A stretch of 63,521 nt of DNA, the filler included, from Octopus bimaculoides (lineage: Eukaryota), in NCBI RefSeq assembly GCF_001194135.2. It is 5 parts of 5 records of this genome, joined end to end, with 100 filler letters (N's around TTAATTAATTAA, not from the genome) between each part and the next. Parts side by side here need not be neighbours in the genome. Positions count along the whole stretch, not along the records: positions 29,806 to 40,897 come from NC_068986.1; positions 40,998 to 62,118 come from NC_068987.1; 3 more parts are not named here. The stretch is one strand, 5' to 3'. Position 1 is the stretch's first letter; every line of letters begins with the position of its first letter. Under the pieces are notes generated by a model that was not told the DNA's origin, ran no database searches, and saw only the letters and a program-made list of their open reading frames with translations. This document shows, piece by piece, positions 35,970 through 48,540 of the stretch. A program made the position numbers and the translations under genes.

Positions 35970-36288
35970 GTTCAGCTTTATTTCAAGATTTCTTGCCAAA
36001 AGAAAAAGAGCCGGTTTCTAACCTAGATTTAAGGCTCCTTCATGGGAATTTCAACATCATCAACAGGGTATGTATGTATGTATGTATGTATGTATATTGT
36101 GCAGGTTTGTATGTTTTGCTTTATGTGTGTATTTTCGTGCATATAGTTGCATATCTAGACATGCTCATGTATATTTTAATGATATATTCTGGAAAGTTTT
36201 ACAGAATTTTAGAGTGATGGATTGGATCTGTAGTCTTCGAATTAGCTTTCTCCTTTCTGGTTTTGAGAAGCCTAATTTCTCAATATTG
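35970..36288 (-). mobile_element. 5'-truncated second copy of the same R4-like family, flanked by (TATG)n
   Basis: NIEKLGFSKPERRKLIRRLQIQSI..FCKTF; UTR homologous to 33545-33760. Confidence 0.85.
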
Positions 36289-36456
36289 GTATGTACGTAT
36301 GTATGTATGATTTTTCTTTGAGTTTAATTTGAGAGTTCAAGCTGGTTGCTCACAAAGCAACAAGACTTTTTGAGATAAGAGAGTTCCCGGTGTTTGTAAA
36401 TATGTAGTTGAGTCGGTGTATTGGTTGCACTGTCGATGCACACCCAAGTGTGAGCA

Positions 36457-38640
36457 TTAAGGTGGAGCGAAAAATGCATCTTCCGAAATTGGTAACCAAG
36501 AATCGATATTTTGTTAAGAATTACGGTTAAAAAAAGGTGTGTAAAGATCTTTGCGGTTGAATATTTTTCAGGCTCCGCAACGCAATTGAAATTTTTTTAA
36601 AAATCGCTATTTTTGGTCGAAGTTTGGATTTCATGTCTTATAAATCGTACAGAGTACATATTTCTACATAGCAGAATTCAAAACAGTAAATATAGTAACC
36701 TTGAAAGGTTGTATACCAAGTTTCAGTACAATTTACAAATATTTTAAGGTTCCGCATTGACTATAAAGAAAAGAGGTGTGTGAACTTCTCTCCAGTGCCG
36801 CTGCAACGGTTGTTGCGTGTGGACGTACGTCGTACTTGTGTGAAGTTTTCTGCTTTGTACCTTGACTTTAGACCATTGTGTTAAAATTAATGATCGTGTT
36901 AAATTTAGTGTTGTTTACATTTAGTGATGACTCAAAAGCTAATAACGCGTCATGATATTGACCTTAGCGAGCGAGTTTTGCCACCTTACAAAGACGTACT
37001 AAAATGTGTTTTATTTGAACGAGAAAAAGAAAAGAATGTAGTTAAGAAAGATCCTTCAATTAAACAAATTGTCAAGATTGTAACAAACAGAAAAGATAAT
37101 TCTTCTTTGGCAAAAGACATCCATCCCTTGCGTTACCGAAAACATACTTTTATCTAAAGTAACAAGTATTACTAAAATCTGTGAAAAATTGAAAAAAAAT
37201 GTACCATCGTTTTACACAAAGTGTATTGTGTTTAAAAATAATGCAACAAAAGAGTTATTTGACATTTCCTGTTGCAAGTGCAACTCCTCTAAAAACTGCA
37301 GTTGTAGTAGAGACAAAAAAGTACCACAGTGAGAACAAGATCTTTTACAGGATCAACGGACAAATCGAAAAATGATCATTGGCGGAATAGATCAAACAGT
37401 ATCTAAACAGAACGTTCAAAGGTTGATTAGAAAGAATCGACCAGATCACTGTCGTCCTTCTACGTTAGCAAAGGATTCTGAATTGATAGCGTTTTCATCA
37501 AGGAGTGAATCTGGAAATGGTGAAGATGAACATTTTCCAATTCCATTTTCCATGAAACGAAAAGACGTCAACAAAAACGTAAGTTCAAAAACACTAATAA
37601 AACGAATGCAATTCCTAGAACTAGCTTTTGGCTGTGACCGCACCGGTGTGTCAGACAGTGCTGCTGCTTTTCTTACAAGTTCGGTCATCAGCGACATAAC
37701 GGCAAGTACATCTGGTGAGTGTTCTTTCGCTATAGACAGATCGAAAGTTAGGCGGGAACGATTCAGAAAACGTAAATCCGTGCATCTGGAAGGTAGGTCT
37801 CATAAACTACCAGGCCTCGTGGAATTCTTGGGCCGATTGTTAAGAGACTGGAACGATGTGAAATTTGTTGTGAAATTTAATCAGATTCCAACGGACTTAC
37901 TATCAGTAGACAAAACCGATCTCAGCACAGATCAAAAATACTTCTTGATATCCACCATTCTATTTCTGAAGGGAAATGTTCAAATGAAATGGCATTAAGG
38001 AATACCAGTAAAACAGAACATTCTCGATGGCTTATATCTGCAAATTGTATACTACAGTTGTATGTTGCTACCGAGAATCCTTCTAACACGATGATATTAA
38101 TTGTTGCTTACTTAATGAAAGTTTATGTGCCAATATGGTTCACAATTAAACGCAACTCTTCCTCGAAAAAATGGGGTTCTAAATGTGTTCAAGACGATTG
38201 AGTCTTCGAGAGAAAGGGATCAAGCGGTACAAGACATTGTATTTCCAGTTATATAACGGAATGCTTTCTTCGCGCACCCAGAAAATATTTCACTGGCCAT
38301 GATAAACGATGAAGGGAGCCACATTCGAGAACTAGCATGGAGGCGCATAAAGTAAGTTTGAACACATTATAAAGGGAAATTTGTGCGACCTTTCAAAATT
38401 CTTACCCTAAACTTTGCTGTCTCAAACTACATGGACATAATTTACTGGCAGGACATTATTGTTACTGAACCACCTTTACCACAGGCATTTTCCGATGAAG
38501 AAATCGATACCTTCATTCAACAGTAGCATTTGATGCAACTGGAAAAATTACCGTGCCACACCCAAGCTGTGGAGATTTTGTGTAAAACTCGTGACTGTTC
38601 TCGTGGTGAGAACAGTCACGACGGTTTCATTACGAACGTC
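36457..38640 (+). mobile_element. DDE DNA transposon remnant, hAT-like (probably hATm-type), internally deleted
   Basis: MIIGGID, CDRTGVSDSAAA, IDRSKVRRER, DLSTDQKY, HSRWLISANCILQLY, RNAFFAHPENI, TEPPL, PCHTQAVE; superfamily assignment from recalled motifs. Confidence 0.7.
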
Positions 38641-39475
38641 TTGAAATCAGCACAGATTGATATAATATTATTTTAGTTGTAGTTGATCACTAAGATCGTT
38701 CTCCTACAACGTGTGTTGCTTTCACTTCAAGTATTTGTCTTCACAGCAAACTCAAAACGTAGTTTAAATAAACATTGGCCTTTTACAGCTGAGCTTTTGC
38801 TGTCTGTTCAATCCAATCAGCACAAAAGAAAACAACTAACTATTGCTGATTCAAGTCTATATTGCCTCTTCAAACAAAACACGACGCATCAACTTTACCA
38901 TCAACTATAGCAACAAAAAACAGCATCCATTGCTACTATTGTTGCTAGCACTGCTACTTCTAATATCGGAAACCAAGTAGAATATAAGAGTATATTATAG
39001 TATAATTTAGAAACCATTAATCTGTCACGAAACAAATAAAAAACAAGATATGACAATCGTCAGGCGAAAATCCAGCTTAAATGGAAATCAAGCTGTGAGA
39101 AAATTTCCATTTTGTTTTCTAAATGTGGTAAATAATAATTGTTATGTAGACACAAGTTGAATTACGATAGTGAAGCAGTATTGTTGATTAAATTGACACA
39201 ATGTCTTACTGATACTAGGGTCGACAGGATTTGAATACAGAACACAGGAACTAAAATGGTGCATTATCAGAAGTCTTCTTTCTCACTTTCTGTGTGTCTC
39301 TCATTCGTTACAACCACCTTCACGATAATTTCATTAAGATATACCTAAAGTTAATAGAAGTGCAAGTGCTTAATTTGTCTTCCAATCAGTACTGTTCACT
39401 TAGTAATGGACAACTGAGTATCAAAGTTTGTGATATTCACTGTTTTCACGAATGATTTAGCTACGTCAATTAAAC

Positions 39476-39631
39476 CAGTCTTGGACAACCACTGGGGCAC
39501 ATGCAGCCACGAGATTTTCTGAATGTAACGTCTAAAGAAAAATTATCTTCAGTATTTTTAGTAGTGCGGTCTGCCGATTGATGGTTCATGTTTCATGCGG
39601 CCCTCTTCCCGATAAAGGTTGCCGATACCTG
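39476..39631. mobile_element. Degenerate hAT (Charlie-like) MITE
   Basis: CAGTCTTGGACAACC ... GCGGCCCTC ... AAAGGTTGCCGATACCTG resembles CAGGGGTCGGCAACC-type termini. Confidence 0.45.
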
Positions 39632-39967
39632 AGTTAAAATACTTATTTAATGATTTCTTTTTCATTGAGTACATAGCTATACTAATATATCTTCATAATG
39701 GAATGGGGTAAAGTCGCTGGTCGTTTGAATTAATACCAGTATATTACTGATACTCATTTCATAGAATCTGGACACACACACATGTTAAGTGGGACATAAT
39801 GAGATTTGGACTCAAAACCGAAATGACTGAAACTAAATACCATACTCTTCTGTCCCGACCTCGATTGTCCATAATTTAAAAATCATATTAATTACCAAAC
39901 TATGGAGCTATTAACCAAAATATAGCTTAGCTTATAAGACTTAACTGAATATTATTATAACTATCAT

Positions 39968-40005
39968 TATTTCTTCTTCTTCTTCTTCTTCTTCTTCTTC
40001 TTCTT

Positions 40006-40092
<87 letters not shown>
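39968..40092. repeat. Compound (TTC)n(TTA)n microsatellite
   Basis: Seen directly. Confidence 0.97.
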
Positions 40093-40094
40093 TA

Positions 40095-40515
40095 GCAGCG
40101 AGCTGGTAGAATCGTTACCGTGCCGGACAAAATGTTTAGCGGCATTTCTTCGGATTTATGTTCTGAGTTCAAACGCCGCCGAAGTCGTGCCTGTCATCCT
40201 TCCGGATCGATAAGATAAGTGCCAGTTGAGCACTGGGGTCGATAATCGATTAACCCCACTCCCAAATTTCAGCCCTAGTATCTATAGTAGAAAAGATTAT
40301 TATCATTATGTCAAGGCGGCGAACAGGCAGAGCCGTTAGCACACCGGGCAAAGTGCTTAGCAGTATTTCGTCTGTCCTTATATTCTGAGTTCAAATACCG
40401 CTGAGGTGGACTTTGCCTTTCAGCCTTTTAGAGTCAATAGAATAAGTACCAGTTGAAAACAGAAGTTGATGTGATCGACTTACCCTCTACACCGAAATTG
40501 CTGACTTTGTGCCAA
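40095..40515 (+). mobile_element. Two tandem SINE family B copies (40095-40300, 40314-40515)
   Basis: Each has a GCGAGCTGG/GCGAACAGG head, TTCTGAGTTCAAA B-box and the family B body. Confidence 0.85.
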
Positions 40516-40539
40516 AATTATTATTATTATTATTATTAT

Positions 40540-40897
40540 TTTATGTTTGACTTTCATGTAGGTGTTATGCCTAGGGTACCATATATTTGAATTTGTACAG
40601 TGTTGTTCTCGAGAATGTTTTAAAATTTGAGATCACATAGGCAGTATTTTACGTAGGATATGGGCAGTTCCCATGAGCACTATCTTTTGAATTTCAGCCA
40701 TTTTGGGGTTTCCTGGTATCTGAGCTAGGTAGTAATCAGCCTGTTTCGCTGTCATTCCCAGGGCACCTATGACAATAGGTATTGTTTTCGTCTTCAGATT
40801 CCACATTTTGCTAATTTCTATTTCAAGATCTTTATATTTGCTCAGTTTTTGGTAGGTCTTGACAGATACGTTTATATCAATTGGGACAGTCATACCA
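40540..40897 (-). mobile_element. R4/Dong-like RLE C-terminus and 3'UTR with (TAA)n tail
   Basis: TVPIDINVSVKTYQKLSKYKDLEIEISKMWNLKTKTIPIVIGALG...GTAHILRKIL. Confidence 0.93.
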
Positions 40898-41280
40898 NNN
40901 NNNNNNNNNNNNNNNNNNNNNNNNNNNNNNNNNNNNNNNNNTTAATTAATTAANNNNNNNNNNNNNNNNNNNNNNNNNNNNNNNNNNNNNNNNNNNNGTG
41001 GCAAAAATAGTAGTGGAATACCGAAGGTAGAATAATATGCTTTATTAATAAAGTGTAAATATAAATGGTGGTTTCCCAGCATGTTCACAGCTCATGAGCT
41101 GAAACTAGATCAAATCAAATCAAATCATGTGCGTGTGTGTGTGTACAAAGTATGGGGGCTTAGTTCACAGGTGATCTAAACGATTAGGTACCCTAGGTAA
41201 GTTCTGTAACGGGTTACTAGGGCTCCAAGGTTATAGATGAGACGGTAGTTATGGAGCCATTGCAGATTTCTGATGCAGCG

Positions 41281-41795
41281 GATATATAATTGTTAAGCAG
41301 GACGGGCAAGGCAAATTTCTCAAGTCGTATACAATATTATTATAGGAAGAAATTCAAAATCTTACAGCTGTTTCTGGGATATCCCCGAGTAAGAGAAAGA
41401 ATGAAGAAAAAGGAGCATAAATATGGGTATACGCAGGATTGCCCCTTAGGACTAACGCTCATGGATCTACGTAGGATTACACCTAAGGACTCATGGTCTG
41501 GTTTCAATAGCTTTGGAAAGTTGAACTATGAACTTTTATGCTTCTTTTTTCTTCTTTCTTTCCAATTCCTTATTCTTTTACTCCCTTCCTCTATGTTGTC
41601 ATCTCATTAATATATGCCATTTTCATTTTCCCTATTTTTCCCTATTTGTCTCTGATGACGGAATATCCCATACTCGGGGATATCCCAAAGACAGCTGTAA
41701 GACTTTGAATTTCTTCCTATAATGATATTGTATACGACTAGAGATGTTTATCTTGTCTTAATGTTTGCTGTCTTGTTTAACAATTATATGTATCT
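41281..41795 (+). mobile_element. Hammerhead-bearing mini-element with ~110-bp inverted arms (Penelope-like)
   Basis: Arms 41281-41391 and 41671-41795; motif 41648-41703 GTCT-CTGATGA-stem II(ATATCCC/GGGATAT)-AAGA-CAGCTGT-A-AGAC; the left arm keeps the intact GAAA. Confidence 0.75.
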
Positions 41796-41869
41796 ATGTA
41801 AATGAACAGAGAGTGAGAGAGATTTGTGTGTGTGTGCGTGTGCGTGTGTACGTGTGTGTGTGTGTGTGT

Positions 41870-41902
<33 letters not shown>

Positions 41903-42477
41903 ATCCGATGCAAGCAATTATATATGCATGCATATATATATAATATGCATGTATATATGCGTATATATATGTTCCTATACATACGCATATATGAAACATA
42001 TACACGCGCGCATACATATGCATACGCACAGAAAGAGAGAATAGTTACATAACAATATCTCACACATGCACGCACACATACACACAACACACACGCACGT
42101 ACGCACAGAGATATGTATGTATACACAGCGCCAAAAATAAGTCTCTGCGTTCTTAAAATTGGTTACATCGTTCCAGACGAAAGTTTGGCGTCTGCCGTTC
42201 CGTTGCCATCGCGTAAGTCATGATGGTTTGGGTCTTAGTTGTTGTTGCTCTCGTTCTTGTTCTTGTCACTGTTGTTGTCGTTGTTGTTGTTATTGTTGCT
42301 CCTGCTGTTATTGTCCATTGTTTGTGTTAATCCAATGAAGAAGGTCAGTTCTTTGTAACCTTGACTACAATTCTGCTTTGGTTGGCTAAGATCCGAAAGT
42401 TTAATGTTTACTCAAAAATCTCTTTGTGGGTTAACGTTGCAATCAGAAAGCAAGAGTTTTATATAATCGATTTGTTC

Positions 42478-42542
<65 letters not shown>

Positions 42543-44699
42543 CATCACATACACAGATATACATCACATATACATCACATACACATACACACACGCACAT
42601 ATACATCACATACATACAAACATCGCAGTAAAAAAAGAAAATTCCGGAACCAATATTAGGTATTTCTAATGAAGGTTTTCTTTAAAACCATTAGTTATAA
42701 ATCTATTTCAGTAAATTTGACTCATTATGGAGTAACAGCACCAACGTTACCATCACCATCGCCAATAAAACGTACTGGTTTGTGTCGCAATCAACCAACA
42801 AATGTTCCGTATTCATGTTATATACATACACATATGCATCGTTTTTAAAAAGATACTTGAAAGTTACTTTGAACAACAACTGAATTTCTGGAGGACAAGT
42901 TCTCAGGATGGCGTCATTTGTTTGAAGTTTAAGTCGTTTGGAGAACCCTAACAGAGCCAAAAATAAAGAGAAAAGTCGTGAGCTTGAAACAGTCTTTTTG
43001 CACAGAGCTATAAAATAAGAAACACAAAGATAAAGATAAGTGTTTTCCTTTTAACTTTTATATATTTCAAAATATATTCCAACAGCAGATAATTCAAGAG
43101 GATATACAGGTTCGGATTACCAGCAGAATTATCGGAAAAGTGTGTGCGTGTGTATATATATATATATATATATATATGATGATCGCTCCCGTCGGTCTCG
43201 GCGTATGAGTTTTTGAAGAAGAGGGCTTAAAGAGAGCAATAGAAAGAAAGTAAGAAAAAAACTGAGACGCTGCATCTGTTTGCGATGGATGCGTGAATGT
43301 AATTTGAGTCCAGATATGGATTTTGCTATGAAGTCGCAATGGGGAAATTTATGATTTTGGTTTTTGCCTGGGATTGGACAAGTATGTCTGTTGATTGCGA
43401 AATATAGTTCTATTGTTCTTTTTCTTCAACTCAAATTTTATATACAGAAAAGAATGACTTTTCTGCAGGTTTTTCTTTTCTTCATTAATAACCAAATGTT
43501 TATAAATTGTAACTAATTTGTGAGTGTGTGTGTTTGTGTGTGTGTGTGTGTGTGATATCAAAATTTTAAAACAAAACACTGTGATTCGAGGGCTTTAAGC
43601 CATTTCTGACAGGTTTTATTTCATAACAGATTCCCTTTAATATAGGTTTGTTTTTTGTCTTTTTTTACCTAAGGTAAACTTTCTCACCAAACCCGCAGAC
43701 AAATAAATATGAGCTGTTTAGAAAGTGCTTTAAGCAGGAAACTTTAGAGCTTATTAACAGAGGGTTTTTTTTAAAGTTTTGATCACAAAATATAGCTACG
43801 ATTTGTAAAATTGACCTCGGCAAAGAGTCGAAACGAAAACCGCAAAGCATCTGGTCCGACATTCAAATAGGTTCGCTAATCCACATCCCTGGACTGGTTC
43901 ATTTTTAATCGACTCTAAAAAAGATAAAATGCAAAACTAACGCCGATGGGATCGGAACTCGGAGGCTTGAAACAAATAGTGTGAGTATTTTAGTTCGATA
44001 ATCTAACAACTCTGCCAATTCGTAACCTTTATGTGTGAGCCAGACACATAACCTAAGCATTAATTTAACAGCTCCTGTTTACTGTGAAGACTTCAGTCAT
44101 GATCGCTGTTATAGTAAATGTATTTGTCCACAACTTCAAAGGCAATAAAATAATGCCAACCGCCTTACGATATTTACATATGTAAGTTTGGTCTAATTTA
44201 ATATACATTTTGTTGCATTATTCCATTACGACCTCAAACTTTGCCATGTTGCTGTTTTTACTGTTGTTGCTTGTCTTCATTTTATTGTTAGCATAGTTGT
44301 CGTTGTGGTTGGCGTTGTTGCAAAACACATTTATTTCCCGAGTTAATGAAAATCTAGTCAGATACGGTGTTAGATTCAACGAAACAGCCGAAATATTATC
44401 TACAGGGACCAACAGTAATGTTAAGTGCACAACATCTCTTAAATTGTGATCTACGCCTTACGACAACAGTGCACTTTGCCGGTGATATCATTGCATAGCC
44501 GCAGGCCAGCAGTGCTGGGGCAGACTTGTGATCAAATTTATATCGCAGTATTCGTAGTAAAATTAAGAGTTCCACAAAGATTTCCTTGTTTTATCATTAT
44601 TTATCAACATGTTAAAATTGTTCCTAATTGTCCTTCTTAGAATTTAAAGCTAACGTTTTACTCCCACTCTGTTTCATTTTAGTTCTCTCACTCATGGCC

Positions 44700-46440
44700 T
44701 CCAGAAGATTTCCAAGTACAAGCAACGTACTTGGACCAGGACGGTAAGGTGATGGTCCTGGACATGAATGGCAGCGAAGGTGGCCGTTTATCCCCTAGTA
44801 AGGGCCGGAAGGACAAATTTCTTCAGGCGTCTAGAAACATTCCTGGGAACGTCTTGCACTTTGATACAAATGGGAGACTGGAATAGTATTTCTGATATAG
44901 AGAAGGACTGTGCGGGGCTAGTACATGGCAGAGACGACGAAAAAGCTTCGAAAGCCTGCTCAGAAACTTCCAGCTATCTGACAGGTATCGACTGGATTTC
45001 CATCATGTGCCTGTGTAGACATGAATGGAGCATAACAGGTCAATAAATCGTATTTAAATATAGTTTTTGTTTGGTCAACGGATAGGGATACTCTAGATTG
45101 TCCACAATTCAAATTGGTCGGCTACACAGACCACAAACTTGGGATCTGCACAGTAGATTTAGATAGGGCCCGTAGGCAGGATCTGGTTACTGGAAGTTGA
45201 ACATGTCCTTTTCGGCACGCAAAGACTACAGGGACAAGATTATTGAACTAGTTCAGTGGTAGTTGACGGAAGCAATCGTCAACGGCCAGTGGTAGATCGC
45301 CCTGAAAAGGGCGATTAGAGTGGAATCAACAGCGTTCAGCAAAGTGTGAGCAATAGAAAGAAATAGATTAGAGTGCGAACTAGTTAGCAAACTAGAAGAG
45401 GCGATTAACAAAGGCATCGCGACTGATATGTTAGCGGGAGAATGGCTCTTAGCCATTACTTTGAGGCGAAACACCAAGGCTACGTTGTCAGAGTTAGGGG
45501 CCGTGCACTCAAACAGGAAGGAACTAAAGTCGTTCGATGAGAACGGTGGATACGCGCCATGGTAACAAGACCACGATCAGGTTTTTTACGGATCGGGACG
45601 GGCGTGTGCTACTCGGTTCCGAGCAGATGTGTGTGACCTTCGAGTACTACTTTTTTCGGCTGTTTTAGGAGAGTGATGGGTCGATGACGGTAGCGTCCAG
45701 TTTGTACCTGGGCGGCTTATCGCTGTTCTCGCCAGCGGAAGCGAGGTTCTGCGAAGACCGATAAAGGCTGCTGAAATACGAGAGGCGATGGGCTATTGCA
45801 CAAGTCGCAAATCGCTTCGTTTGGATGGTCTGATCTATGAATTCTATGAGTTTATGCCAGATTTGTTTAACGGCCTCTTGACAGACGTCTACTGTAATTG
45901 ACAGCCGAACGATAGAATTGTTTTAGTTCTGTTAGCCAGGATGTGGTGGCGCTGCTGAGAAAGGACGCCGACAATGAGGACATGCTACGAAATTTTCGGC
46001 TCATAACTCTACTAAACACGGAGTTTAAGATTTTGGTTGTCAGACGGGTTTGTCAGACGGGTTTGTCAGATGTGCACGCAGAGCGACGAAACTATCCTGC
46101 ATGCATTCGTTCAGTGTCCGAGCATTGCTGACTTGTGGAGTTATGTCGAACAACTGCTGTCACGTTAGGGATGGATCTGTCTGAGGCCGAGTCCATAATG
46201 AGGATTACCAAGCCTCCTTCCTTTAGGAAAGGCAGGTCCTGTCTTCAAGTGAATTTATTGAAAGGTGGGTGAAAGTACGAAAATGACAAGAGTGGATGGT
46301 ACCTCTCTAAGTGTAAACCTGTGAGTCGAAGAGCAAGAACTGGAGAAAGTACTTGAACTAGGTGTGCAGGGATATTGTGAACGGTGGGGTTCCTCGAGCT
46401 TCCACCTTTTATATCTACTTCTTTCTCACCTTTTATCGCT
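44700..46440 (+). mobile_element. Tx1/L1-clade LINE ORF2 remnant (APE endonuclease, RT start, C-terminal Cys region), internally deleted
   Basis: FFRRLETFLG..MGDWNS, FRLITLLNTEFKIL, then SDETILHAFVQCPSIADLWSYVEQ; paralogous to 56930-59120. Confidence 0.85.
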
Positions 46441-46938
46441 TTTTTCCTCATCCCATCGCCCCATTTTTAGTTTGTTATGCCATGTGGGCAGTGCCTGAAG
46501 ATTATGCTGAGACATCAGACGTGTTAAAATATACTGTCTGATATGCTTTCATCACATGAAACTGATAGTAACACACAAAAATATATATTATTTATTAAAT
46601 AATATCTATCTCTCGCCATCACGGTACAGTACACACACACACGCACACGCACACACGCACATACATACACACATTATAATGTGCATATATGCTAATTGCT
46701 TTCCGAGGCTATTACACATTTTTGATTCGTTAACACATGGTGTAGATTTTTCGACTATTTTCCACTTTATCGTATGTGGATAAAGTGAAAAATAGTCAAA
46801 AAACATAGAGAGGAGTTGAAGGGTAAAAAAAATAGCTTAATGAACTAAGAGGAGGTGTAGGAGTTGACGGGAAAACGTTCATTAAAATCCGTAGGTGACA
46901 TGATACCAAATGTGAATATGAAACGCTTCTTCTTTTAC

Positions 46939-47184
46939 GCGTGGTTCTCAACCATTTTTTTTTTATGGATCCCTTTAGTTTCTATTTTACTCGGTTGAAC
47001 CCCTTTTGATGTTTAAAAATCCTATTATATTTTTATAATTAGATATTATTAAGAATTGTATAAAAGAATTGTTAAAATATTTTGTGTATTGTAGAAGTAT
47101 AATCAATTTATCGCAGATAAATTTTAACAACAAAATCGTAAATGGACCCCCAAGGGTCATGTGAAGTCCGGTTGAGAACCACTG
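46939..47184. mobile_element. hAT (Charlie-type) MITE
   Basis: TIRs GCGTGGTTCTCAACC / GGTTGAGAACCACTG; a second copy lies at 63081-63350 in opposite orientation. Confidence 0.85.
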
Positions 47185-47678
47185 GTTTATACACATGTTT
47201 GTATAGATTGTAAATGAACCAAATAGAATATCAGAAAATGGATATAGTAAATCTACGTGTGAGAGCGAGGGAGAAAGAGGGAGAGAGAAGCACAAAGTGA
47301 TAAGAGAAAATCCTGCGTAGAGAAACTCGAGACAGGTGTGGATTTTAAGAGACAGTCATAAATGACATAACTTGAGAAGGAAGACGTAGAAGTAATTATA
47401 TATATATAAAAAAACAAATAGTAAGTTTGAAAAATGGTAAATATAGCTTAATAGAATAAAAGTCGTTAGGATTATCAGGATTATAGGAATTACAGACCAC
47501 CAGATGTACATTGTAATAAAGAATCAGTGTTGTTGATGTCACAAAGCTGGTGGTCATTCAATATAGATGTCACAGTTTGCCAATATTTCTAATAACGTAA
47601 TTAGTTTCGATTGTTTATACCCATAAACACGAGCATCTACAAAGACATCACATACATTCATAAACATAAACATATATA

Positions 47679-48540
47679 CAGACATGACAGAAGTAAATAT
47701 ACACCCATAAGACATCGTTTTATATTTTTTCCTAACTTGTAACGGTTTATATCTTTAATAATTGATATTTTTATGTTTCAGGTCCTATACGTGTCAGTTT
47801 AATCATACCATATACAAAAGAATCCTTAGAACTGTCTGAATTTCAAAGAGCCCGTATTATGGGTCATTCTGAAGGTGGAAACAGTCAGCGTAAAATCGCA
47901 GAAAGCCTTGGGACCCCGCTTTCTACAGTTAATAGAGTGATTGTGCAATTCACCAAAGAGGGGAAGGAGTCCACATCGCCTCACCCAGATCAACCAGGGC
48001 CCTCTGACAGGACCCTTCTCTTTACTAAGAGAAGTGTAGAGGGTAATCCTCGTTGCAAGGCCTCTGGCATAGCAGAGTAAGTCTATGTCAGTCCCAGAAC
48101 AGCTGCCAGGTATCTCCACAAACTTGGTTACTATGGTAGAGCAGCCAGAAGGAAGATATTTCTTCGACCAGCTAACATCAAGCGGAGAAAATATTGGGCC
48201 AGTGAGATGGTGGAGAGGTCACTAGCATTTTGGGACACTGCTATGTTCTCTAATGCATCCAGGTTTGCTGTATTTCCTGACAGTAGTCGATTGTAAGTTT
48301 GGAGACTCTGTGATCAAGAATTTGATGTGAAAAGATTAAAACCAACAATGAAACATGGCAGCTATTCTGTGATGGTCTGGGGGAGCAATTTGGAGAATGG
48401 TTGATCGAACTGGTGGAGTGTGAGAGAAACATAAACTCAGATAAATATGTGTCTATATTGCAGAAAGGACTTCTTTCAATCTTCTCCGGTGGTGAAATGA
48501 TTAAAGAAGACTTTGGATCTTTTCCTTTTGGCCAGCACAT
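47679..48540 (+). mobile_element. Tc1/mariner transposon, left end plus truncated transposase
   Basis: TA|CAGACATGACAG left end; [27 protein letters not shown] (HTH), GRAARRK, FSNASRF (SDESRF), [22 protein letters not shown]. Confidence 0.92.

Noticed and set aside
44243-44450. Signal-peptide-like reading MLLFLLLLL...VRYGVRFNETAEIL
   Set aside because: In-frame TAG after 16 codons, (TTG)-repeat origin, no recognisable domain.
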